64,000 nt of DNA from Candidatus Bathyarchaeota archaeon (GTDB lineage Archaea > Thermoproteota > Bathyarchaeia > Bathyarchaeales > Bathycorpusculaceae): assembly GCA_963828195.1 (NCBI GenBank), contig CAWHDT010000007.1, positions 64,001 through 128,000 on the forward strand, written 5' to 3'. The notes beneath the pieces were generated by a model. The model was not told the origin of the DNA and did no database searches. It worked only from the letters and a program-made list of their open reading frames with translations. Both the position numbers and the translations under genes were made by a program. Position 1 is the first letter of the stretch. Each line of letters opens with the position of its first letter. Positions 29,508-39,648 of this stretch are shown one piece after another.

Positions 29508-31241
29508 TTGGAGTTATTGCATTTGGGATTTATTGATTACGCCTGGGCGGTTTCACTTCAAAAAGACAACACGAAAGTAAAAATACTTCAGGATCCCGCC
29601 TTGATTCAGCCTACGCTGCAAAGTGACGATTTCGGGTTCACTATTAAGTTCCCGACCGTTCAAATGCTTGAAGACGGAAATGTTTCGTTTCTCGGGCACA
29701 AATTTTCCTCGAACAATGAAGGCAAATCCAAAATTGGACGCTTATTCAGGGCATCCGTTTTGCACTTAACAACTCACACTTTGGAGCCTTTTCAAAAAGA
29801 AAAAATTGTTCCTAAAGCGTCGGACACTGTAGTTGAGGCATTTGCAAAGTCGCTGATTAATGACACATACATCAACGCTTACATTCAAACGTGGTTTTCT
29901 GACAGATTTCTTGATCTTGCATATGCCAATGCGTTGGCTTACCAGAAAATAAAATCTTCAGAGAGAATCTTCACCGTCTCCACAAAGCTCATGGCGGCTT
30001 TACTTACAAAACTTAACACAGGGTTAATCAAAAATTCTCCAGGAGAAGAGGAAGAGCGAGTAGTAAACGAATTATTCAATGACTTAACGGGTTTAAAAAA
30101 AACTTTTTTAGCGTCAATGAAGGACGACAAGATTAATCTGGAAAATTTATTTGACGAAAAAATTAAAGATATAAAATCTCAACTTGAGCCTTTTGGCCCA
30201 TTTTTGGAGACGCCTTCACTGCGGCACACCGAAAGCAACGGAAGCTGCAGCATTTACAGTCCAGCAGAAACCTCGGAGGATGTTGATTTGGAAAGCGTGT
30301 TCAAGCAATCTCTCCTGAGTTTAGGAGGCACCTTCCCTGCTGTAGAAAACATGGAGCAATGCTGGAGCATGGAACAGGAAGCGGAGGCACTGCAAGCTTT
30401 TAATTCTGACAATTACCAGAAACTGCGGGAAGAAAAAATACTTTCAAAAATCAGTCCCCATGTAACTTTAACCAGATTTAAATCGGTCTCTTTTCCAGAG
30501 GAAGATTACACACAATATTTAAGGGCTAGAAACTTGGTTCAGGGAGCAAGCCGACGACTTCTAGACATTCTCAGGTCAGCCTTTAACTATCTTGATGAGG
30601 ATCCAAGGCAAGAAATGGGTCAATTGGATTTGCCTTCGGTAATTCAATCCTTGGCAAGTAACAAGCCAGCGACCGACGTGTTTGTTTTGGATGAGTATCT
30701 TAAGCCAAATTTCGCTTGGTCCATCATTTTTGATGTAAGCAACAGTATGCAGGTGAAAGGCGAATATGGCCGCGCCTTAGCCATAGCTGTGGCGGAGGCA
30801 GCTAAAGAGTTGATGATGGATGCAACATCTTGGACTTTCTTTGCTTTCAGCGACAAACTCTACATTCTTAAAGACAGCACGGAATCCTACTCAAAGAAGG
30901 TTCGAGGCAGAATCGGCGGCTTAAAATTTGAGGGACTCACCTTCATCCCCGATGCCGTTCAGATAGCTGGAAAAATGCTTGCAAAAAGGTTTGAAGAACA
31001 ACGCTGCTTAATAGTTATCTCCGACGGCTGGCCCTATGGATACCCTGACATGCCAACAGCCCTAAAAAACTGTGTCAATGATTTGATACGGAAAGGAGTC
31101 ATAGTTATAGGGGTTGGCGTGGATACAAAAAGGATGGATAATTTCTTTCACCTACATGCCTCAGTTTACACTCAGAAAGACCTCGTGAACAAATTCGGGT
31201 CAATCTACGCTAACGCCTCCGCAAAAGCTCTTGAAACATAA
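29508..31241 (+). CDS. von Willebrand factor A domain protein (CbbO/NorD-like partner)
   Basis: MIDAS DVSNSM, T in GLTFIPDA, VISDGWP; directly follows the AAA gene. Confidence 0.85.
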   Translation: MELLHLGFIDYAWAVSLQKDNTKVKILQDPALIQPTLQSDDFGFTIKFPTVQMLEDGNVSFLGHKFSSNNEGKSKIGRLFRASVLHLTTHTLEPFQKEKIVPKASDTVVEAFAKSLINDTYINAYIQTWFSDRFLDLAYANALAYQKIKSSERIFTVSTKLMAALLTKLNTGLIKNSPGEEEERVVNELFNDLTGLKKTFLASMKDDKINLENLFDEKIKDIKSQLEPFGPFLETPSLRHTESNGSCSIYSPAETSEDVDLESVFKQSLLSLGGTFPAVENMEQCWSMEQEAEALQAFNSDNYQKLREEKILSKISPHVTLTRFKSVSFPEEDYTQYLRARNLVQGASRRLLDILRSAFNYLDEDPRQEMGQLDLPSVIQSLASNKPATDVFVLDEYLKPNFAWSIIFDVSNSMQVKGEYGRALAIAVAEAAKELMMDATSWTFFAFSDKLYILKDSTESYSKKVRGRIGGLKFEGLTFIPDAVQIAGKMLAKRFEEQRCLIVISDGWPYGYPDMPTALKNCVNDLIRKGVIVIGVGVDTKRMDNFFHLHASVYTQKDLVNKFGSIYANASAKALET

Positions 31242-31542
31242 ACTAAACATCGAGAAACGTCAGCGCTTGTTAGGCTATTTGCGTTTGGATTTTGGCACAA
31301 ATAGTAGAGCTCCTCTATCGGTAGCGACATTGCTTCAGCGGAAAAGGTGGAATAAAATGGCGGAATTGATTTCGGATGATAAGTTAGACTTTTGAATTGG
31401 CAGTATAATTGATATTTGTTCTTATGCAGCGATAAAATTTAGTGCTTGCATAACATTTGTTGGTTTCAACGTGTGACAACAACATTTTATATTCTTTCGA
31501 ATTGTAGGTGGTAACAAGAGGAAGCTAAGAGCCAGCGATTGC

Positions 31543-31632
31543 TTAAGCGGGTTCCGCTGCTGATATGCGATAAAGTGTTGCCCGTTGCTTTTTACACTTT
31601 GTCGGTGTCAGCACTTGGCCGAGTCCGCCTAA
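31543..31632 (+). ncRNA. Candidate structured non-coding RNA (long imperfect hairpin)
   Basis: GCGGGUUC/GAGUCCGC basal stem plus UGCUGAUAU(G)CGAUAAAGUGU/ACACUUUGUCGGUGUCAGCA upper stem with G-U pairs; TATA-like TTTTATA near 31486. Confidence 0.4.
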
Positions 31633-31741
31633 CCCCAAATTTTCGCCCCCCCAAAAAATGCATATGCTGACTGCACAAGATGAGTTGGAAAGTAGAGACA
31701 ATACGTTGTCTTTCCTTTTTAAATTAAACGTTTTTAACTTC

Positions 31742-34438
31742 TTATCGCTTGAGAGGTAGCCGTATAATGAACGTGGTTCCTTTGCCTTCTTGACTCTCGA
31801 AAGAAACTGTGCCGCCTAACGATTCAGTCATCCGCTTAATTACCACTAACCCGAAGCCTTGACCCTTCGATTTTGTAGTGAACATAGGTGTAAACAATTT
31901 GTCTTTTACTGCTTCAGGAATGCCCACGCCAGTATCTTTGACGGTTAAAAGGACGTCGTTTGACTCTGTGTAAGCATGTAGGGTTAGTTTTCCGCCTTTG
32001 GGCATTGCTTGAACTGCATTGGTTACCAAATTGTACAAAATTCGGTTTACATAAGTTGGGTCAGCCACAATTTTCTGAGCTGTATTTGCCACGTTAACAG
32101 TTACCTTAACGTTGTCTGGCAACCTGTTTTTTTTCAACAATTCTTCAATTATGAGTTTTAGGTCGGATTCTTCAAAGCTTGGTTTAAGAGGTCTGGCGAA
32201 GTCTTGGAGGTCAGCCACAATCTTGTTAATGTAATCGGTGTTCTTTTCTATTTCCTGCAGACTTTCCAGCACATTTTTTTTCTCATCACCATCAGGAATC
32301 GATTCCAATTCTGTTTTAGCCAGGTAAACGTCGCTGGTGATAGCCTGCAAGGGGTTACGAATATCATGCCCGACCATGCCGGCAGTGGCGCCAATGGCTG
32401 CTAGACGCTCGGCATCCTTCAACTGCGCTAATCTCTTATTGGCAAGTTCCTCCATTTGAGTAGCGTATTCTTCAACGCGAACTGCAGATTCTTCAAGCTT
32501 ACTTTGCATCTCTATCCGATCAGTAATATCCACGTTAGACTCCAACATCTCCACTACATTACCGTCTAAACCAAATTTAGCCAACCAATAACTCTGCACA
32601 ACCAACTTATCCCCACTTTTGCAAGTGTGAACAACTTCACCTGACCATTTTCCATCAAGTTTAAGCTTGTTTAGAATCTCGTCAAGCGGTTGTGGAAATT
32701 TCGTCTTTAACAAGCTGTTGATGTCTTGTCCGACTGCTTCTTCCTTCGTCAAACCGTACAGTTTCTCCGCGCCTTTGCTCCACAAGGTAATGGTGCCGTC
32801 AAGCTTTCTGACAATAATAGCGTCTGGACTGAGATCAATTAGCTCAGCTTGCCTTGCTGTAGCTTCCTCTACCTTCTTACGCTCTGTTACATCTTCTAAG
32901 ACATTGACTGCTGATGTGATCGCGCCATTGTCACCTAAGAGTGGCGCTGCAGATACAAGTAACTGCAATTGTCGTCCGTCAGCCCGTTCAATCATTACCT
33001 CTTGGCCATGAACCACCTGCCCTCTTAGGGCTATGCTAGCTGGAACATCCTCTGCCTTATATGGCGTCCCGTCGGTTCTTTTCGGTTTTATCTTAGCCAT
33101 ATTAGCAGCCAAATCAAGCCCCAAACTATCAAAGCCATAAATCTCCGCCGCTCGCTTGTTAACAAATGAAATCCTGCCGTCTGCTTCAACGATAACAACT
33201 CCAGTGGGAGTAGTCTCTAAAATAGTCTCCAAACGCTTCGCGCCAAGCTCAGCTTGTTTGTTGGCTTCTTTTAGGGCTTCCTCACCTTTTTTGCGCTCAG
33301 TTATATCTCTAAATATGAGGACGACACCTGTGGTTTTGCCCTCTTTGTCTTTTATTGGGGCTCCGCTGTCATCGATTGTGACTTCTGTTTTATTCTTCCG
33401 AATCAAAACGGTGTGATTAGCTAACCCAACAATCGTGCCTTTCTCCAGAACCCTGCTAACTGGATCTTCAACATCGACGCGTGTCTGTTCATTAACGATA
33501 TTGAAAACCTGCTTCACAGGCTTAAACGTAGACTCGCCCAATGTCCAACCGGTCAGTTGTTCAGCAACGCCATTCATGAACATGATTTGCCCAGAAAGAT
33601 CCGTGGCAATAACAGCGTCGCCGATGCTTGCCAGGGTAGTTGCCCACCGCTGCTCACTTGCCCGCAGAGAAGCCTGTGCTTTTTCCAAGTCTGCTTTAGA
33701 CGCGGTTACGGTTTTCAGGTTAGCTGACATTGCGTTGAAGGAGCGAGATAAATCTCCAAGTTCATCTTTTTTGTCTTCTGGAAGCTTAAAGTCCAAGTTG
33801 CCTGAACCTATTATAGCTGAACCCGCTTGAAGCTCTGATATCGATTTAATGGTACGCCGAAAAGTCTGAAGGTATATGACGGCAAGAAGAGCGCTGAATG
33901 CAGCTATCATGACAAATATTAAAGTCGAATTTATCGTGTTTAGTTGGTTTACCTGTGCAGAAAGCAGCGTTGACAATTGCGTAGCGTCTGATATTACAGC
34001 TTGGCTTTGAATTGATATGCGGCTCCATGAGACCTGGAGTGTAGATAATTCTTCATTTGCGTTTGAGGTTTGATTCGAAGAGACTCCGATGGACGCTGTG
34101 ATGCTATTAAACACTACTTGCATATTTTGCTGACTTACTTCCATGTCATGCAGTAGTGCTTGCTGCTCTGGCGTATGCACGCTTAAGTTGCCAAGGTCGT
34201 TGGAGAGCAGTGAATAGCTTGCTTGCCACTGGATAAGCTGCGTATTTGAAGGGTAAAAAACATAATCGCTTGAAAGGTAGGTCAATTCATTGGAAGTTTG
34301 TACAATGTTGTTGGCGAGGTTTTCCTGCCTTCGAGTCGCACTAGCCTGCTGAGAGGTAATCACTATCGATGACCCAATAACAACTAGTGCCAAGCTAAAG
34401 ACGATGAGAATAATTCTGAATTGATTTGTAATTCGCAT
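31742..34438 (-). CDS. Membrane sensor histidine kinase (extracellular helical domain, HAMP, three PAS)
   Basis: Two TM helices, DELGDLSRSFNAM HAMP, three PAS, GHDIRNPL H-box, NLVTNA, DTGVG, GQGFGL. Confidence 0.93.
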   Translation of the reverse strand: MRITNQFRIILIVFSLALVVIGSSIVITSQQASATRRQENLANNIVQTSNELTYLSSDYVFYPSNTQLIQWQASYSLLSNDLGNLSVHTPEQQALLHDMEVSQQNMQVVFNSITASIGVSSNQTSNANEELSTLQVSWSRISIQSQAVISDATQLSTLLSAQVNQLNTINSTLIFVMIAAFSALLAVIYLQTFRRTIKSISELQAGSAIIGSGNLDFKLPEDKKDELGDLSRSFNAMSANLKTVTASKADLEKAQASLRASEQRWATTLASIGDAVIATDLSGQIMFMNGVAEQLTGWTLGESTFKPVKQVFNIVNEQTRVDVEDPVSRVLEKGTIVGLANHTVLIRKNKTEVTIDDSGAPIKDKEGKTTGVVLIFRDITERKKGEEALKEANKQAELGAKRLETILETTPTGVVIVEADGRISFVNKRAAEIYGFDSLGLDLAANMAKIKPKRTDGTPYKAEDVPASIALRGQVVHGQEVMIERADGRQLQLLVSAAPLLGDNGAITSAVNVLEDVTERKKVEEATARQAELIDLSPDAIIVRKLDGTITLWSKGAEKLYGLTKEEAVGQDINSLLKTKFPQPLDEILNKLKLDGKWSGEVVHTCKSGDKLVVQSYWLAKFGLDGNVVEMLESNVDITDRIEMQSKLEESAVRVEEYATQMEELANKRLAQLKDAERLAAIGATAGMVGHDIRNPLQAITSDVYLAKTELESIPDGDEKKNVLESLQEIEKNTDYINKIVADLQDFARPLKPSFEESDLKLIIEELLKKNRLPDNVKVTVNVANTAQKIVADPTYVNRILYNLVTNAVQAMPKGGKLTLHAYTESNDVLLTVKDTGVGIPEAVKDKLFTPMFTTKSKGQGFGLVVIKRMTESLGGTVSFESQEGKGTTFIIRLPLKR

Positions 34439-34449
34439 GGCACTATAAC

Positions 34450-35469
34450 CTACTTAATGATTGTCACTGATTGGGGATCTACAGCCTCGAGACCGCTAGT
34501 GTAGATGTAGTTTGTGAAGTTAGGAACTTGCGTTTGATTCGTAAGCTGATTGCTTATTATCCATTGCGCCTCCTCCTGCATAGCTGTAACAAGTGATTGA
34601 TCCAGCGAGAGCGAAAAAGAATTATCTTGCCAATCTTGCGCTGTATAAGCGCTTGTGTAATTTGACTCGGTTTGGAAAATAGTTTTAGCTTGCTCAGGGT
34701 TACTAATTGTGTATTCTTCGGCTTGTTTTAGGGATTTTAAGAGCCTGTTTATTGTGTCAGAATGGGTTAATATCCAACTATTTGTACTCGACAAGAGCCA
34801 GAAGGCGGGCTGTCCACTTTGCACGGGTAAACTGAAAAAATTGCTGCCAAACAACTGCTGAGCCTGGCTGAAATAGGTATCCTGAGCGAGGCATGCATCA
34901 ACTGTACCATTTGCTAAAGCATTAATATACTGCGATGGAAGGAGATTCACTTCGGTAATATTCTGCACACTTAAGCCATTTAAGCTAAGATATTGACCTA
35001 AATAAAATTCCTCTATCGTTCCCAAACTAAGACCAATTCGTTTTCCAACAAGGTAAGAGGCATTTACAGCTTCAGCAGTATTTGTCTTACCAATAATGTA
35101 AACATTCTGAAATGCATCGATATTTGCAATCACGCTTATGTTACTTCCGTCAAAAGCTTGAGATACCATTGCATATTCAGTCGATACAGCAACATCAACT
35201 TCGTTGTTTAATAATCCAGTTACCGCTGATGCTCCAGTTGCATATGATTGAATAGTAACATTAAGACCATTCGCAGAGAAGAATCCTTCTTTTTGGGCGA
35301 CATAAATTAGTTCCGACTGGCCTATAGATTCCTGCCCGATTGTTAAGGTCTCAAGTTTTGGGGTTGAATTGTTATGTAAATACAGAAATGAAGCCGAAAC
35401 AATCAAAATTACAAGAATAATGGCCGCTGTTACAATCGCAATATTTCTCTTGTTCATTTTAGCTTTCAT
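34450..35469 (-). CDS. NitT/TauT (SsuA/NrtA-like) substrate-binding protein 1
   Basis: LIYVA..GFF..NGL, LVGKRIG..GT..EFYL, ALANGTVDA. Confidence 0.85.
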   Translation of the reverse strand: MKAKMNKRNIAIVTAAIILVILIVSASFLYLHNNSTPKLETLTIGQESIGQSELIYVAQKEGFFSANGLNVTIQSYATGASAVTGLLNNEVDVAVSTEYAMVSQAFDGSNISVIANIDAFQNVYIIGKTNTAEAVNASYLVGKRIGLSLGTIEEFYLGQYLSLNGLSVQNITEVNLLPSQYINALANGTVDACLAQDTYFSQAQQLFGSNFFSLPVQSGQPAFWLLSSTNSWILTHSDTINRLLKSLKQAEEYTISNPEQAKTIFQTESNYTSAYTAQDWQDNSFSLSLDQSLVTAMQEEAQWIISNQLTNQTQVPNFTNYIYTSGLEAVDPQSVTIIK

Positions 35470-35642
35470 TTTTTTAACCTCAATGAATAATCGTTACTGA
35501 TTGAGGATCCACAGCCTCAAGAACGCTCGTGTATATGTAGTTTGTGAAGTTGGGAACTTGCGTTTGGTTTGTAAGTTGATTGCTTATTATCCATTGCGCC
35601 TCCTCCTGCATAGCTGTAACAAGCGATTGGTCAAGGGAAAGC
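34456..35642. repeat. Two similar ~157-bp copies (34456-34612 and 35486-35642) encoding the C-termini of binding proteins 1 and 2
   Basis: Shared block tgattgcttattatccattgcgcctcctcctgcatagctgtaacaag; the last ~50 aa are almost identical. Confidence 0.85.
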
Positions 35643-36511
35643 GCGAAGTTGTGCAGAGGCCACACACTGTCAAGATAGGAACTAGTGTAATTTAACTGAT
35701 TTTGCACGATGGCTTTTGCATGTTCAGGATTATTTAAGATGTAATTCTCTGCTTCATTGAGGGCTTTCAGGAAGCGCTGAACCGTACCAGCATTCTGACT
35801 TAACCATCCATTGTTGCAAATCAGAATGCCAAATGCTTCCTGACCGCTTTGAACTTGCCAAGTCAAAATTCCGCTTACTTGGTTTTGTATCTGGTTTATG
35901 TAAGGTTGCCAACCTACCAACGCGTCAACTGTTCCATTGGCAATGGCACTAACGTATTCCGCGGGTTGAATGTTGACCAAGTTCACGTCATTAATGCTCA
36001 TTCCGTTTAGTTGAAGAAAACGCCCAAGATAAAACTCGGCAATTGTTCCCAGATCTACACCGATTGTTTTGCCCTGTAGATCGGAGATATTTTCGATTCC
36101 GCGACTTTGCAAGGCGACGAGATAGTCATTTTGAAACTGGTCATTGCACGCGATTATAGAGACTGAATTGTTTTCGAATACTGCATTAACGAACGGGTAT
36201 TCTGCAGATTCTGCGATGTTTGCTTCGCCGTTCAACAATGCGTTTATGGCAATTGTTCCTGAACCATAATTATTTATTGATACAGTTAAGCCATTGCTGC
36301 CGAAGAAGCCTTGATTGGCTGCAACATACAACAGTGCATTTTGTTCAAGAGGAGGAACCGCCATGGTTATGGCTTCGGTCTCTCCTGTGTAGCCTCGTTG
36401 ATAGTTCAAGTAAAGAAAGATTCCTGAGATCAATGAAACTGCAAGTACAATCACAATCGCCACAGCAACGATTTTTTTGTTAATTTTCAGATTTATTTTG
36501 TTCCTCCTCAA
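35480..36511 (-). CDS. NitT/TauT substrate-binding protein 2
   Basis: Same motifs; DLQGKTIG, VDALVGWQPY. Confidence 0.85.
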   Translation of the reverse strand: MRRNKINLKINKKIVAVAIVIVLAVSLISGIFLYLNYQRGYTGETEAITMAVPPLEQNALLYVAANQGFFGSNGLTVSINNYGSGTIAINALLNGEANIAESAEYPFVNAVFENNSVSIIACNDQFQNDYLVALQSRGIENISDLQGKTIGVDLGTIAEFYLGRFLQLNGMSINDVNLVNIQPAEYVSAIANGTVDALVGWQPYINQIQNQVSGILTWQVQSGQEAFGILICNNGWLSQNAGTVQRFLKALNEAENYILNNPEHAKAIVQNQLNYTSSYLDSVWPLHNFALSLDQSLVTAMQEEAQWIISNQLTNQTQVPNFTNYIYTSVLEAVDPQSVTIIH

Positions 36512-37524
36512 TGAATAATGGTTACTGAGTCTGGGCTAACTTGGGTTAAGCCGTTGAAGTAAATGTAATTTAGGAAGTTAGGCTCTGATGTTGCAGTAGT
36601 CAAATTATTGTTTATTAGCCATTGGGCTTCGCTTTGCATCAGAAGAATGAGTGGTTGGTCGAGGGTGATTGTAAACTGATATCCGCCCCAAATAGATGCA
36701 AGGTACGAGCTTGTATCGTTAAGTTGTTTTTCGATTAAAGCCATCGCTTGAGCTTGATGGTTTATGTTAAAGTTTTGAGCTTCTACCAGTGCTTTTAAGA
36801 ATCGCACAATTAAATCTGGATTCGCAGTTGCCCAACTTCTCGTGCAAATCGCCTCGACATAACTAAACTGATTGCTTTGAGCGCTCCACGTTACCGTATC
36901 ATTAGGGAGAAGGCTTTGAGCTTGACTTGTGTACGGCGGAGTCGTTACTACAGCATCTACGGTACCGTTTGCAAGCGCCATTGCTAATTGCTGGTTGGGA
37001 ATATTGATAATTGTTACTTGGTTGAGGCTTATCCCGTTTAGTTCAAGGAATTGACCAAAGTAGAATTGATTAGAAGATCCCAGCAGGAGTCCAACGTTTT
37101 TGCCTACTAAGTCGGAGATACTGTTGATTCCGAGGTCTGTTCTCGCAACCACAACTACGTTTTGGTATGCACAAACACTTCCAATAGCATAAAGACTTGC
37201 ATTTTGCAGAGCTTGCGTGGCAAGGACGAACTCAGGTGACGTGGCGATATCGACCGCACCGCTAAGCGCCGCAGTAGCTGTAACAGCATTGTTAGGGTAA
37301 CTTTCGAGGGTTACGTTAAGACCGTTCGCTGCGAAATAATGCTGGTCAACGGCTACATAAATTAATGTATCATACTCTGAAGGCAAAGTTCCAATGGTGA
37401 TTGATTCAACCTTACCATCGAAGGGCTTTTGAGAATCAAGATAAACAAATGAACTTACAACAATGGTTACAACCAAAATTATAGCTGCTAAGACCACGAA
37501 ACTCCGCTTCTTCAACGTAGCCAT
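36508..37524 (-). CDS. NitT/TauT substrate-binding protein 3
   Basis: Same motifs; DLVGKNVG, ALANGTVDA. Confidence 0.85.
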   Translation of the reverse strand: MATLKKRSFVVLAAIILVVTIVVSSFVYLDSQKPFDGKVESITIGTLPSEYDTLIYVAVDQHYFAANGLNVTLESYPNNAVTATAALSGAVDIATSPEFVLATQALQNASLYAIGSVCAYQNVVVVARTDLGINSISDLVGKNVGLLLGSSNQFYFGQFLELNGISLNQVTIINIPNQQLAMALANGTVDAVVTTPPYTSQAQSLLPNDTVTWSAQSNQFSYVEAICTRSWATANPDLIVRFLKALVEAQNFNINHQAQAMALIEKQLNDTSSYLASIWGGYQFTITLDQPLILLMQSEAQWLINNNLTTATSEPNFLNYIYFNGLTQVSPDSVTIIH

Positions 37525-37828
37525 CTAAAAGTCCTCAACAAGAAATCTGATTACGTACACTTTGTAGTTAACGTATTTATGATTATCTGAATAAAACCAA
37601 AAAGGAAATTTTTCAGATTTTGATTGAACTATTTTTTCTTCCACTCAAGTTGCTGGTTATGCCTTAAACGACCAATTTTATCACTGTAACTCGGCTAATT
37701 TTGGGTTTTCCTTAAATGTGAATTCTGAATTCAGATTTTGAAGTCGTAATTATATTATATATAAAGGGTCAGAATTGGGTAGCAGTACCCCAAATATTGA
37801 CTAAGGAGAAAAAGGAGAAACACCCACA

Positions 37829-38704
37829 ATGGCACTAACAATGGAAAAACAAGAATTGACAAAAGTATACAATAAACAAAATGAATCTTGGAAACTGGTA
37901 AAGAAAGATCAATCCTACAACGAACAGTTAACAACCATTGAAGAGACGCTTTCAAGGTTTGGACTGCTTAAAAACGAAATTAAAGTTTATTTGCATCTTG
38001 CAAGAACGGGCGAAATGAAGGCTGGAGAATTAGCGGAATCAATCTCGCTTCATCGGACCGAAACTTACAGAGTTCTGCGGGATCTGGAAAAGAGGGGCGT
38101 GGTTTTTTCTATTTTCGAGAAACCGCTAAAATTCACGGCTGTCCCATTGGATAAAGCTATTGATTTGCTTGTAGATGCGCAAAAAATAAAAATCAAGCTT
38201 TTAGAACAGGAAAAAACCAGCCTTGTCGAGCTTTGGCAATCGATACCGCAGCCGAAAGTCGCAAGCACGAAAAAAGAGCTTTTCCAGATGCTTGAGGGTG
38301 AACAGCAAGTGCTCATGAAAGCCAACGAGTTGCTGGAAAGAACCGAAAAAACATTTCAAATCTTCGCTTCAGCCGATTACCTCTCTCAGCTCTACTACAG
38401 CGATTTCTCTGACAAACTGAAAAAGCAAGCCGACAAAGTAGACGTTACCTTCGTAACTGATAATTCGCAGAAAAGCGCTTACTTCGTTGGGCAGCTAAAA
38501 TGGTTAAGCGGATCTCACCGAATTGCAGATGGACAAAGCTTGCCATGCTTTATGATTTCTGATAACAAAGAAGTGTTGATTGCATTCCACGAGGACGCAG
38601 TAAACGACGGGGACACCAAGAAGAAGGATAAAACAGCGGCGATATGGACAAACTACAGTGCCTTCATCACGGTTCTGCAGATGCTGTTCTCCAAACTGGC
38701 TTAG
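37829..38704 (+). CDS. TrmB-family transcriptional regulator
   Basis: FGL..NEIKVYLHL, HRTETYRVLRDLEKRG, P..FTAVP, ISDNKEV. Confidence 0.88.
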   Translation: MALTMEKQELTKVYNKQNESWKLVKKDQSYNEQLTTIEETLSRFGLLKNEIKVYLHLARTGEMKAGELAESISLHRTETYRVLRDLEKRGVVFSIFEKPLKFTAVPLDKAIDLLVDAQKIKIKLLEQEKTSLVELWQSIPQPKVASTKKELFQMLEGEQQVLMKANELLERTEKTFQIFASADYLSQLYYSDFSDKLKKQADKVDVTFVTDNSQKSAYFVGQLKWLSGSHRIADGQSLPCFMISDNKEVLIAFHEDAVNDGDTKKKDKTAAIWTNYSAFITVLQMLFSKLA

Positions 38705-38883
38705 ACAAAAAAAAGTCTAAACCAAATTTCCAGCTCTTATTTTTCATATCCGAGTAGGCTCCAATTGAGCGGTTAATGGTAAAAACAAAATTTTAAATTC
38801 GCCGCCTTGACTCCGACGCCACTGGATCTTCATTTGTTACGCAGCACAAAGCTTTCAGTTCTTAATTTAACGTTTACTTGGTA

Positions 38884-39648
38884 TCAGGCGTTATTTGTGC
38901 AGGTTGCATTCGCTTCGACGGATATGCCGCGTTGATCCGTGCAGAGCATAGAGACCGCAAGAGGATTGTTGGACTGATCCGTTTCAGTAATGAACGTTAC
39001 TGTGTAGGTTCCGTTGCCCAAATCGGTTATGCTCGGAGAATCCGCTGGTACCCAAGTGCCAGTTGAGTTCTCAAAGTAAAAAGTGAAGTTTTGCACCAAA
39101 GCAGGTTTGCCCTCGTTAAGTATGTTTGCTGTTAAGTTCACTTGCGTTTCGTTGCCGTTAAGTTGTAAGTAGCCGCTTAAATCGGCTTCAGTAGTTACAT
39201 TCACGTCATACCCCACATTGGAGGACGCTGTAGGAGCTGAAGAGGTAAAGGCAAAACTGACATAAGCACTTGAGACTCCTTGGCCATTGTTGCCCCAAGA
39301 GATCCAAAAGCCGTTTTGGTAGGGGGCTATGTTCAGCGGAGTGTAATTCATTTGGAGCATGGCTTGGTATGAATCGCCAGAGATCGCCGTATTCAATTCG
39401 TTTAGATCCGCAGTTAAAACTCCTGGGTCGCCGCCGTTGGTTACGTTTGCTAATGCGCTAATCAGGGTGTTTACTGTGCTTTGCTGGTAGGCAGGGAAAA
39501 TGTTTTCTTGGCTGGTGTTAGTCGTCGGCACATCTTTTTCGGTTTCAAAAACATAGATGGCGGTGGACAGTAAAAGCGACGCCACAAGCAGAGCTGTGAT
39601 AATAATTACTTGCCCTGAACTGTTGCGTTTAAAGCTGCGGCGTTTCAT
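38884..39648 (-). CDS. Minor pilin-like protein with class III signal peptide
   Basis: MKRRSFKRNSSG|QVIIITALLV: basic leader, G/Q cleavage site, hydrophobic helix. Confidence 0.65.
   Translation of the reverse strand: MKRRSFKRNSSGQVIIITALLVASLLLSTAIYVFETEKDVPTTNTSQENIFPAYQQSTVNTLISALANVTNGGDPGVLTADLNELNTAISGDSYQAMLQMNYTPLNIAPYQNGFWISWGNNGQGVSSAYVSFAFTSSAPTASSNVGYDVNVTTEADLSGYLQLNGNETQVNLTANILNEGKPALVQNFTFYFENSTGTWVPADSPSITDLGNGTYTVTFITETDQSNNPLAVSMLCTDQRGISVEANATCTNNA

Noticed and set aside
31543-31632. Hairpin as tRNA-Sec, SRP RNA or H/ACA guide
   Set aside because: No cloverleaf or T-loop, no SRP helix-8 motif and no ACA tail; kept only as an unclassified candidate
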